The notes under the pieces are model-generated. The model saw nothing but the letters and a program-made list of their open reading frames with translations. It searched no databases and was not told the origin of the DNA. Positions 26,153 to 37,658 of a DNA stretch of 64,000 nucleotides are shown here, one piece after another (within the stretch, counting starts at the first letter, position 1; the number at the start of each line of letters is the position of its first letter). The position numbers were made by a program, and so were the translations under genes. Origin of the DNA: Lingula anatina (taxonomy: Eukaryota > Animalia > Brachiopoda); the NCBI GenBank assembly GCA_051362555.1, contig CM120649.1, positions 5,084,001 to 5,148,000 of the forward strand, read 5' to 3'.

Positions 26153-27150
26153 TAAGAGCTTTTGCTACATAGTGCAGTGCCTCCGAATTCTAAGCTTACT
26201 TACCTTGCGCTGTGCTGCGGGTTGTTCCTGTGCCCTGTCGCGTTAACCATGGAAATTATATTGTCGTCCATGCGGCCTTTTCTTTATTTTAACAATAGAA
26301 CCTTGCTTTAATGATAATAGTAGATATAGAAATATTAGAGGTTTATCCAGCTTGTGTTTAAAAACTAAAATAGGGAAGTTGATCTGGTTTAAATATATTT
26401 GTTAAGACGAAAGCATTGGGCCCTTTAGTGCTCTATACTTGGTACCTGGATGCATCAATAAATTAACTATAGTTTTAAGTCACATTTAATATTTATGTAC
26501 AAGAACGCCAACCAACTGGTTAATTCAATGCAAAGGCGATGTTGGCTTGTGTTAGCCAAGCTGGGCAGAAATATTTCTTACTAACATGAAAATTTATTGA
26601 TGCTAGTTTAAGACTTTGTAAAACCCAAAAAGCTATTATCCATTCTAATAAATGGCTTAGAATAATAAAGCATTATTTATCTTCTCATCACTTATTTTCG
26701 GTTATTTGAGTAATGATTTCAAAATTTCCCACGAAGATTAAAACATGTAGGTATTCGGTATCGCGTATAAACGTTACATAAAAAAAAATCTATACACCCA
26801 TTAGTCTGGGTTGTGATAGTTTGCAAAAGGACTGTCACAAACATATCATACAAAGGATTTGGAAAATCGAGCGCTGGTTAGAAGAAAAGACAAATCCGTG
26901 ATAATTCCGGAGAATTGAATACAACATTATTCCTTAAGTTGATTAAGATGGAACCAAAATCGAGGCAGAATTCAAACAAATCTTTGCTCTTGCCAAGGGG
27001 GATGCTTCGTTTTCCAAAGAGCTCGAGGCAAGCCTCTTTTAAACAAATGTTTACATAATGAAATTGTTTATCGTTAATTTCACCACATTCAAGGCATTTA
27101 CGTCTAGCTAGTTCATAACATGTCCGCCGCGGTATTTTAAACTGGCAAAA

Positions 27151-27776
27151 ATGAAGAAAAGTGATTTAGTAGTGTTCTTAGCATGGGGAATTGTCGCGGG
27201 TAAGTCATGTATATATTTACTTCATTAAAAAGACGCATTGGCTCTAAAGACTGGCCTCCATCAGGTACAATGTATTCCAATAACACCCTTGTAATCATGT
27301 CATCATTATCAAAACCGGCAAACTGCGAGAGAAAAGGACGTATTTTAAAAGGTAATTCTCATCTGAGAAGTCCTTTATTAGGTGAACTGTGGATAGTTTG
27401 TTACCTCACATTTGTACTTAAATTACCCAGAGAAAGATTCCTCAAAAATAACACCTACACCTATTACGCTGCACTCGCTTTACAGGGGTGCCTGTACTGG
27501 GGCAGACGAGTTTCCTCCATTGCAGCCGCAAAAGGGGCTACAGATACGGAGGAGAGAACGATATATATTCAGTAACGACAAGCAGTGCGACAGAGTGCGC
27601 GGTATGGTGTTTAAAGCGGTCCGTGTGCCAGGCGTTCAACTTCAAACCATCAGCCCGCCTGTGTCAACCGTATTTAGGCTTTAATGCAAGTGATTACAGC
27701 TATGGTATTTTGATGGATTCGGAGTGGGACCTGTGGGTGTCTAAGGTAGAATCTCTCTCTCTCTCTCTCTCTCTCT

Positions 27777-27815
<39 letters not shown>

Positions 27816-30398
27816 GTTCTAGACGTCTGAAAACCAAGACCTGTATAAACACCACTAATTTCGCCAATTCTACGCATTTACTCGTATTTTGCGCTGTTTA
27901 GTTCGATACTCATACTTATGCTAATGGTACGTGATCATTTTGATTTAAACAAAGCACATATTACAAATCACATTAAGAGAAAGAGTACAACATTTTCGGA
28001 GTGTGGTAAAACCAGGGTATTAAACAATACCTCGCCTCCGGATAATGTTTACACTACTATTCAAAGGACTCGACCAACACTGTGCCAGTCTGGAAAGGGC
28101 TCACTCTTAATAGAAAATTAAATTGAGTCCATTACATTTTATTTATTTATTTATTTATCTGATTAATAATTAGTTTATTTGTTTATTTTTTTCAGATTGT
28201 ATTAGACAAAAGTGGCTTCACAGGTATGATGATTTTAATTTCAAACTTATTGTTTTGAAGTTTGTTAATTATATTGTTTTACTTCTTATATAACAAGTGC
28301 TGTTTTTTTTTCATACCTGCAAGTTTATAGCACTAAATGCACTATCTCTAAATATTTGATAAAAATATATGTGCCTCAGCTCATTTGATTATTTTATAAT
28401 TATTAAAAAAAGTTTGTTTCCGAACTTCTTTGGTCGTGTGTATATGCACAGTTAAAAGTGGCGTTGCGTATTTCGTATTTCTAAACAAATACACAAATAA
28501 ATGGGGAGATGAGTAAATTAATTAATCAATTAATTAATTAATTAATGATGATCTTTTATAGCCCCGATCAACATGGCTGCGAATCCTTCCTTTGAAAGTG
28601 GGACGACTGACTACTATCAACCATATGGTACTTTCTTCACTCCGACCAACATGATGGCCCACACTGGGCAGTGGTCAGCAAGGGTTAACTGTTCAGGGAC
28701 CGGTGGGGTGAGACAGAAGGTGACGTTCCCGAGCGGGTAGGTCTCACTTTATCTGTTTTACTTCTCTCTGACCACGGGGGGTCGCTGTACCTAGGTTCTA
28801 GATTTCGGTATTGCCACCTGGATCTTGTTTTCACATATAACCCACATCAGCAATACCGACTCTAGCCACCACCTGCATACTGGCGGCGTGTTCGACAAAA
28901 ATATGCCCCATTTTTCATTTTTCAATTAACATCTTAAATACAGTAAATAAAATTAAATAAAACAAAATTAAATCTGTTTTTTGTTTCATTTTTAACTAAT
29001 GACATTCAACTGCTGATTCACTGGGGAATAAATCATTTGAATACTCAAAATTGCCATTATTCTTCAGGGGCACTGTAAAGCTACATGTATCACGTGGAAA
29101 GGTATAGTGAGCAATCTAGCTTTATAGTGCCCTGACACTCGGAGTAGGGTCCCTGTAGCCTAGTCGGTTGCATAATATTGAATAAAAAATACTATCAGTT
29201 TCTTTAATTTCATAAGCGTTCAGACTACAGAGCCCCCAGTGGACAGAGATGAATGTTGTGCCATGTTCAGACCTTAAGAGGCAGATTAACTTTGCAGGAA
29301 AAAGATCTAGCCGTACAATAAAAAGGCTTGCCTTTTTGTCTATTTCAGTTCAATTAAATCGATGTCATAGTGCACTTAAGTACAGTAAGCAATGTCCTGA
29401 AAGACTATCGTTGTCTTTCTTGTTATAAAACACACAATATTTTGTTACTGGTTTATTTTAGGTCAAAGTTAAAAGGGATAATAACTCTTCGTATGAGATC
29501 TATATTTCACAATAAAAACATTGTGAACAACTCATAGAAATATTATATATTCTGTTGTACCACAAAAACGGCAGTTATAGCTATTATTCTGATATCTGAG
29601 CTTGTCCTTAGACCACGTGACCTCCATTGATGGCTATGCACTGTTATAATCTCTTAATAAACAAACTTTTTACAAAAAAACAGGGAATAACTTTGAATGT
29701 AAAAATGGATTCATTAACCATTGGTATGATTCATTTTTTGGCCAAAACGAAGAGTTATTATCCCTTTAAATCATTTTTATTTTAAAGTTTGTTTGCATTT
29801 ATTTACAGAACTAGATTCCTCGCAGCTTCCTTGTGGAGTTTCGCTTACGGTGTTACCTTGCAAGAATCAAGCGACTACTCTCTCTACGTGGACCTTCGGG
29901 TGAGCTAAAAAATTGCGTTACACCTTTAAATAGCAAAATTTTCTCCTCAATTACAAAAGTATACCGTACCCAAAGGCGAAGGATTGCATTCTCTTATTAG
30001 CTAGTTTTTTTTCTTTTTTTTTTATTTTTTAGTCACGTATGTCATACATAAGACATAGATAGAAATAGACATAGTACAAATCGTGTACCAAGCCGGTACA
30101 AACATTGAACCAGACGGGTACAAATCGTGTACCAGCCAAAAGATAAAATCAAATAACTTTTGAAACTATATTTATCATAGTTTCTCTTTATCTTTATATA
30201 TCCCTACAGCTCAGCAATGGCACTTGGGTGTGGCAAAACACCGCCAGCTTCACCCCCGGGACTTCTGCCGCGTGGGAACAGCGCGTGGTGACGGTCACCT
30301 CTGAGATAGACATGAACTATGCTAACGTCTATGGCTTGTGTAGACGTCGGTCTGGAGAGGCATACTTTGATGACATGGTAGCCACTGCTAGTCCTTGA
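27151..30398 (+). CDS. Secreted PAN/Apple + CBM4/9-like (galactose-binding-like fold) protein, copy 1, 263 aa
   Basis: Exons 27151-27199, 27486-27745, 28196-28223, 28562-28736, 29809-29899, 30210-30398 = 792 nt, phases compatible, all GT/AG. Signal-like MKKSDLVVFLAWGIVAG; PAN-type CAVWC-x5-CQAFNF-x6-C; NPSFESG..AHTGQWSA..DYSLYVDL..WEQR..GEAYFDD. Confidence 0.88.
29473..29765. mobile_element. TTAA-targeting MITE (Kolobok-like termini) in intron 4 of PAN-CBM copy 1
   Basis: TTAA|AAGGGATAATAACTCTTCGT...ACGAAGAGTTATTATCCCT|TTAA; single TTAA at the empty site in copy 3 (~46555). Confidence 0.85.
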
Positions 30399-30563
30399 GG
30401 TCGGTCCGGAAAACACTCTTAGAAATAAACATGCTATTCCTTTTTTTGCGAGTGTAAAATATATTTGGAGTGTTAGGATCCCTTAATGTCCCAAAGTGAA
30501 TACTGCTCAGAAGTCAAACAAGTCCCTTCAAAATTGTCAAGGTCAAATTTGCAGTATTACCGG

Positions 30564-31858
30564 TGTAACATGAAAATCTGACTCCCCCAGTCAGATTTTC
30601 ATAATGAAAATCTGACTCCTCCCATGAAAATTTTGACTCCCCCTCCACAAAACTTCATAAATCTTATTTTATTTGAGTATATGAGTGTGATCTTGTAGTA
30701 TGTAAAATGGAAGATACATTGGCACTTTTTTTTAGTTTTCAGGTGAAAATTTTCATGAAAAAATAAGAAAATTAAAAATGTGCACTTTACCGCCCATTGT
30801 CTCCCTTATGAAAAAGCTATTTATTTGATATTGGATGATCATTTCTACATCTTTCCTTTAAATTTACTTTATGAAGATTATATTGGAAATATTTGAAAGT
30901 TTGATGGTAAAGTATTGGAAAAAACTAAAAACAAAACATGAAAAGAAAATTAAAAATGTGCATTTTATCACCCAGTGACTCCTCTGTGAAAAAGCTATCT
31001 ATTTAATATTTGATGATCATTTCAAAATCTTTCCTTTAAATGTACTTTATGAAGATTATATTGGAAATATTTGAAAGATTGATGGTTAAGTATTAGGTGA
31101 AAAAACTAAAAAAAACATGAAAAGAAAATTAAAAATGTGCATTTTATCACCCAATAACTCCCCTATGAAAAAGCTATCTATTTAATATTTGATGATCATT
31201 TCAACACCTTTCCTTAACTTTAAATTTATGAAGATTATATTGGAAATATTTGAAAGACTAGGGGAGTCAAAATCCTACGGGTACAAGAATGCAAATTTAT
31301 TATCCATTTAAAATCATCAATTCCCATTTTTCATTCAGCTTTGGGAAAAATGGGAAAAACAACAGCAAATATAATGGGAGTCCATAGGAGTCCAAATCCC
31401 ATGCATATGAAAATGAAGAATTTCATAAATTATTTTCATTTATTTTCACCCAGTATTTTACCATTCAAACTTTCAAATATTTTCAATATATTCTTCATAA
31501 AGTATCCTAAAAGAAAAGATGTCAGAATGATCATCAAATATCAAATAAATAGCTTTTTTATAGGGGAGTCCTTGGGTGGTAAAATACAAATCTTTAATTT
31601 TTTTATTTTTTCATGAAAATTTTCACCTGCAAACTAACAAAAAGTGCCAATGTGTCCTCCATTATGCATACTACAAGATTATAGTCATTTACTCAAATTA
31701 AATCAGATTTATGGATGTTTTTTTTTGGGGGGGGGGAGTCAAAATTTCATAGGGAGAGTCAGATTTTCATTATGAAAATCTTACTGGGGAGTCACATTTT
31801 CATAATTAAAATCTGACTGGGGAGTCACATTTTAGGGGAGTCAGATTTTCATGGTACA
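30564..31858. mobile_element. Non-autonomous Ginger1-like foldback DNA transposon
   Basis: CCGG|TGTAACATGAAAATCTGACTCCCC...GGGGAGTCAGATTTTCATGGTACA|CCGG; empty site TATTA-CCGG-CAATA at 47861. Inverted arms >300 bp with ~180-bp internal tandem repeats. TGT..ACA termini with a CCGG TSD are the described Ginger1 signature. Confidence 0.85.
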
Positions 31859-32308
31859 CCGGCAATATAGGTTTTCTGAATTGGTAAGAAGGTTCAAATT
31901 GTCCCGAAAGGATAAATAAGTATATGCTTTTCAATGTCGACTTACAAGACATTGGCTCATTTAGTTTGCTTAGCAGTCTTCAATATTTATTATTTTATAT
32001 TTTAATAAAATTTATAAACAATCATTACACTTGCATTTATGGAAATGGTTTGAAACGATATTGAGAGACACCTTATAGATTACGAGTGATGTATTCTTCT
32101 GCAGGTACCTTTATGGTCGAGGCTTTGTGAATGTGGGTCTGGACTAAATATGGGCCAAGGTATTATATATACTGATTCGTGAAGGCAATCTTTTTGGCCA
32201 TATCTGTATTAATTATTTAAAAAACCAAACTTTTTTATTTTGAAAATTATTTTTGCCATCTGAAAGCAAATTTCATTTTAAAAGATTCAGTGAACTGTCT
32301 GAGAACGA

Positions 32309-33303
32309 CACTGAGAATAAAATTGTAGTCCAAGTGCCTCCAAACTTGGAGTCTAGCAGTGGTGCCTAAAATAACTCTCAATTAGAGTCAAATTGACTCC
32401 GATGGAGTAATGCCATCCCAGACCCCACAGGAGGGTCACAATTGACTCCATTCACACATCCCTTCATCCCTTGATTTATCTCTACAAAAGAGTCACCATG
32501 ACCCCATATTACGGAATTTTTGACTCCTTGGCACATCATGAACAAAAACAACAACGACAGTGCCAAGGGGAGAAACAGCAAGAATCGTTCTTTGCAGATT
32601 GTTGTGTCCCCGAACGGGCACGAACCCAAGTTCTCCCGCTGCGGAGGTAGACTCTCTGACCACTAGGCCATGCGGTCACATGTGATGACGATAGAGCAAT
32701 AGCAAACAGCATGATCATCCAATAATAAACAGCATGACATATATATACCACAAATATACCAATGAGTGAGCATACCTCCCCAGTGCATTGGCGGGTCAAA
32801 TCTACAACCTGGAAACAAAACCTGCTGACCTGTATACCAACATATCACATAAAGGGTGTGGCAACTGAAAGCCCGGGCCGGTAAGAATTAAGTTCACGAG
32901 TTCTGCATGCAGGAACACACAGAAAACCACTTGTTCATACATAAAACCAACTATGACTAATAAAGTAATGATTATACTGACAAAGAATGATGAGAACTGT
33001 TCTCTACACGCCGTCTGCTCTCTGACATCTCAAGTACTGAAACGAGGCTTATGTATACTGTCCAGCGAGCGAAAAGAGTCGGTGAAAGGGGTCAGCCACA
33101 CACTGGCCCCCGATAATTTGACTCTGGTCTTAGAGTCAGATTGACTCCATGAGAGCCAGGGGGTGATTGACTCTGATAATAGAGTCTAATATCTGGTAGA
33201 AGGGCAATTTGACCCTTATATAAGAGTCAAATTAACTCCATGAGGGTCAAGGGGTACTGGACTCTGACTAGAGAGTCAAATGACTCCAATTATATTCTCA
33301 GTG
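32309..33303. mobile_element. Non-autonomous EnSpm/CMC-like DNA transposon
   Basis: GA|CACTGAGAATAAAATTGTAGTC...GACTCCAATTATATTCTCAGTG|GA; 2-bp TSD supported by the empty site GAGAACGACGCTC at ~48137; many subterminal GAGTCAAATTGACTC-type palindromes. Confidence 0.85.
32604..32679 (-). other. tRNA-derived (Pol III A/B box) segment inside the EnSpm-like element
   Basis: The minus strand reads GACCGCA-TGGCCTAGTGG-TCAGAGAGTCTACCTCCGCAGCGGGAGAACTT-GGGTTCGTGCCC-GTTCGGGGACAC: A box, near-B box and tRNA spacing, but poor stems. Confidence 0.6.
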
Positions 33304-34744
33304 GACGCTCATACTGTTATTACTGCTCGTCACATAGGCTTCCATTTCAATCAGTTCTTTAATTGTCTCCATCAGCGGGTCCGTGCTATACGATTTATTT
33401 CACCATTTCTTTTTCATTTTTATAACATGCAATTCTAGCATATTTACAGTTTGTTTGGTCGACGAATGGTCTACAAATTCCATATAATTGGGTTCTTAAT
33501 CTCTGTTCTCTGTAATCACGCCTACATTTTTTTTTTATTTTGTGACCACTAGGGTTTATCAGCTAGAAGTATTGAATCAATTATGTTATGTCTCAAAGCG
33601 TTGAATATGATAGTTTAAAATGTAAAATACAATGGAGTTTAGCCCGCTATTGGTACAAGTCTTGAAAACGCATTACTGGTACGCTTTTTATGAATGTAAA
33701 TGCGGCTCAGGAAGCTGGTATTGATCTTTAAGAAATAAGTATATAAAGGACGATCAAAATCCAATTCAGCAGAGCTTCCTATTCAAAGTCAATATCTCTT
33801 TTGACAAGCATAACACGTTTTGGTTATTTTTCTGCTGTGGCTATTTGAATAAAGTCCTTTTTATCAGTTATTATAAACACATTATAAAACCCTCGTTTGT
33901 AATGCTATTTTTAACATTTGTCATAACATTTCTTTTAAACTACGATGTTTGCACATTGAAAAGCAATCATTGAGGCGATTGTTCCCAGGTTATAATTAGA
34001 AGTTTTGAATTCACATGTGATTATATCATAATCTGTTAATCATTTTCGTACATCTCATTCCTTCTGTATGGAATTTAACCGGACGTTGATGTCGAAAAAA
34101 CTAGCCAAGACATCAAAACATCAATATTTCTTTAGTAATTAATTTTTCTGTAATTATATTGTGAATATTAATTGTAATTTAATTGAAATGGTTAAATCCC
34201 TTCTATAGAAGTAAACCTCAATTTTGATGTGGTTGCTATGTTCTATTAAAAAGAACCTGTCATACTACATGTACCACTGGTTAATTGACCTTTTTTCGTG
34301 TTGGGAAGTAATAAAGTCAGTTTCAACCTCAAAAGTTCTAGTTGGCAAGTTTTTGCAGTCCTTTCTATAGGATTAAAACTCAATTTAGAGGCGATTGCTG
34401 TGGTCTACTTCTCAGAACCTGCCATACGTACTCTGATTTTATGGCCCTCTTTGTATTGGGATCCAATATATTCACTTTAAAACCACAAGACTCAAATGTG
34501 CCAGTTTTTACTGCATAAACAACGGTGCACTTGGTGGTTGCTGATACTTTTTAACGTAAGGGAATCGGTTCTTCGATTATTATAACTAAAATTGTAAAGC
34601 TGTACTTTTTACACGAGATAACAAATAATTACTGGCATTAGTTAGGTCATACTGAATTCTTAACATGTAGAGATGTTAGGCCATCTTTCCTCTTGACATT
34701 ATCCTTTCTGGTCTTCTATTTTATTTACTTACTTTTATCAAAAA

Positions 34745-35196
34745 CTAGAAAAGCACTCCGAAAGCGCAGACCTCCGCCAAGTCTCCACCCAATGCCGTTT
34801 CACCCCTAAATTTTCATTCTATAATGATTTAGTTTTTTTTTCTTTTTTTTTCTTTTTTTTTTTTTTTTTTTTTTTTTTTTGATTATCGATTATTGATTGA
34901 TAATTGATCCCGATCACCACCAAAAACTAATCATCTGTTCCTTGGTCCACTTCTGACAATGTCATCAAAATCGGTCCATAACTTACTTTTTTTTATTTTT
35001 GATTATTGATTATTGATTGATTATTGATTCAGATCACCACTAAAAACTAATCACTTCTAGGTTAACCCATTTCTAAAATACCTTGAAAATTCCATCGAAA
35101 TTCATCCATAACTTTCTGAGTTGATGACAAACAGGCAAACAGACAGAAAGACAGACAAACAAACAGGGGTGAAAACATAACTTCCTTGGCGGAGGT
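34745..35196 (-). mobile_element. Helentron-associated non-autonomous element (HINE/DINE-like)
   Basis: Sub-terminal inverted repeat CCTCCGCCAAG / CTTGGCGGAGG, (GACA/AACA)n microsatellite, two internal core repeats, inserted in an A-run; absent from copy 3 (~49622) and copy 2. Confidence 0.8.
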
Positions 35197-35697
35197 AACA
35201 AGAACGTGCTTTTCCTTTTTTATTGAGATTTTATGTACAATCTTTTTAATTATTTTACAAACATAATGTAATATAAAAGTAATGATAATATATGACATTA
35301 CTTAGAATCTCTAAAACCAAACCGTGCATTCCGCGCAAATACAGAATACATAATATTTGTAACAACCTTTTTTCAAAGCTTCTACCTGTACTATGTACAT
35401 GGTCGATCACTTCAATAAAGGTTATTTATAAATATATCGTTTCTTCGTATAACTAAGATTTACAACTAAGATTTACAACAAGTTATACAATGAACAGTTT
35501 TACCTGTAAGTTACCAATCAGAGTAGATTACGCAACGTTACAGGAAGAGATTCAAACTTGCACACCGGACTGTACTTTTCTAATAGAGACATCTACCGGT
35601 AGCAATACAAAGCAATCCCAACTAACCCAGTACATCGTCAAACTATCTTATCAAATGACTTTTATGTTTTATTTTTTTTTATCCGTTTTTCTTACAG

Positions 35698-35879
35698 GCC
35701 GCGGTGTTTGCCTTGGGGAGTCCCTCGCAAAGATGGAGCTGTTCCTGTTCTTCGCCAGCTTGCTTCAGCAGTTCTCTTTTAAAATACCCGCCGGGGAAGA
35801 GAGGCCGAGCCTGAAGACCACATTGACTCTCGTGCGGTCTCCAGTACCCTATAAGGTTGAAGTGCACAGGAGGCGCTGA
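35698..35879 (+). pseudogene. Orphan duplicate of the CYP D terminal exon (open frame, heme-motif Arg->Gly)
   Basis: Intact acceptor CTTACAG; reads [16 protein letters not shown]...HRRR*; no upstream CYP exons in this unit. Confidence 0.85.
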
Positions 35880-37009
35880 ATATCCCTGTGCTCTTGATTG
35901 AAAAAATAATATACATTCGATTATTGTCATTCAAATCTCCAAAGACAGAAGAAAAAAGCTTTTGCTACATAGTGCAATGCCGCCGAAATATTAGCTCATT
36001 TATCCTACGCTGTGCTGGGGGTTGTCCCTGTGCACTGTCGCGGTAACCGTCGAAATTACATTGTCGCCCATGTGGCGTTTACCTCATTTTAACAATATAA
36101 CAATAGAACTGGTTTTAAATATATTTGTTATGACGAAAGCAAAGAGCCCTTAATTGCTCTATGCTTGGCACATGGATACATCAATAATTTAATTATAGTT
36201 TTAAGTTACAGTTAATATTTATGGACAGGAACGCCAGCCCGCTGGTTCAATCAATGAGAAGACGCTGTCGGCTTTTGGTGGCCAAGCTAGGCAGATACAT
36301 TTCTTACAAACTTAAAAACAGCTTAAATTCCTGCTAGTTTAAGACTTTGATTAACCAAAAGAAGGCAGGCATTATTCGTTCCAATAAATGGCTTAGCATA
36401 ACGAAGCATTATTTATTTTCGGATATTTTTTCCGCCAAATCTAAGTAATGCATTCAAATTTTCCTGCGAGTATAATGACATAAAGGTATTTGTTACCGTA
36501 TATATGTTACGTACAAAAATCTATACATCCATTAGTCTGGGTTGTAATAGTATACGAAAGGCCTGTCGCAAATAAATATATATATCATACAAAGGGTTTG
36601 AAAAATCGAGCGCTGGTGAGACAAAGAGACAAATACGAGGTAAACCATGGGGGGGGGGGGGGGGGGGGGAACTAATTGAGGTGACAAGGCCAAACGATTA
36701 TAGACTCTAAGGTGGGTAACGAGAGCCCGCGTCACTTTAGCCGACGTAAAAATCTATGATAATTCCGGAGAATTGAATACAACATTACTCCTTGAGTCGA
36801 TTAAGGGGGAGCCAAAGTCGAGGCAGAATTCAAAAAAAATTTTTGCTCTTTCCAAGGGGGATGCTTCGTTTTCAAAAGAGCTCGAGGCGAGCTTCTTTTA
36901 AACAAATATTTACATAATGAACTTGTTTATCGTTAATTTCGCCACATTCAAGGCATTTACGTCCAGCTGGTTCATAACATGTCCACCGCTGTATTTCAAA
37001 CTGGCAAGA

Positions 37010-37623
37010 ATGAAGAAAAGTGATTTAGTAGTGTTCTTAGCATGGGGAATTGTCGCAGGTAATTCATGTATTTACTGGTCTCCATCAGGTATTCGAATAA
37101 CACCCTTGTAATTATGTCAACATTATCAACACCGGCAAACTGCGAAAAAAAGACGCATTTTAAAAGGTAGTTCGCATCTGAGAAGACCTGTACGAGGTGA
37201 TCTTTTTAGTTGGCTTTATACCTTTTTATTGTACTAAAATTTCCAAGATAAAGATCCCTCAAAAATGAGACAGTACAGGCAAGTGCAAGCCTACACTTAT
37301 TAGCTACACTCGCTTTCCAGGTGTATCAATAGCAGGGCAGACGACTTCCCTTCATTACAGCCGCAAAAGGGGCTACAGATATGGAGCAGAGAACGATACG
37401 CATTCAGTAACAACAAGCAGTTCGACAGCGTGCGCGGTAAGGTGTTCAAAGCAGTCCGCGTGCCAGGCGTTCAACTTCAAACCAATGACCGGCCTGTGTC
37501 AGCCGTATTTAGGCATTAATGCAAGTAATTACAGCTATGGTATTTTGATGGATTTGGAGTGGGACCTGTGGATGTCTAAGGTAGAATCTCTCTCTCTCTC
37601 TCGCTCTCTCTCACACACTCCCC

Positions 37624-37658
<35 letters not shown>

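Noticed and set aside
32604-32679. Functional tRNA gene
   Set aside because: Acceptor and anticodon stems pair poorly, the B box is imperfect, and it lies within a transposon.
35490-35697. Novel N-terminal extension fused to the orphan CYP exon (ORF 35490..35879)
   Set aside because: It is duplicated intron 8 sequence; the equivalent ATG in unit 1 is in a different frame from the exon, so the fusion is most likely chance.
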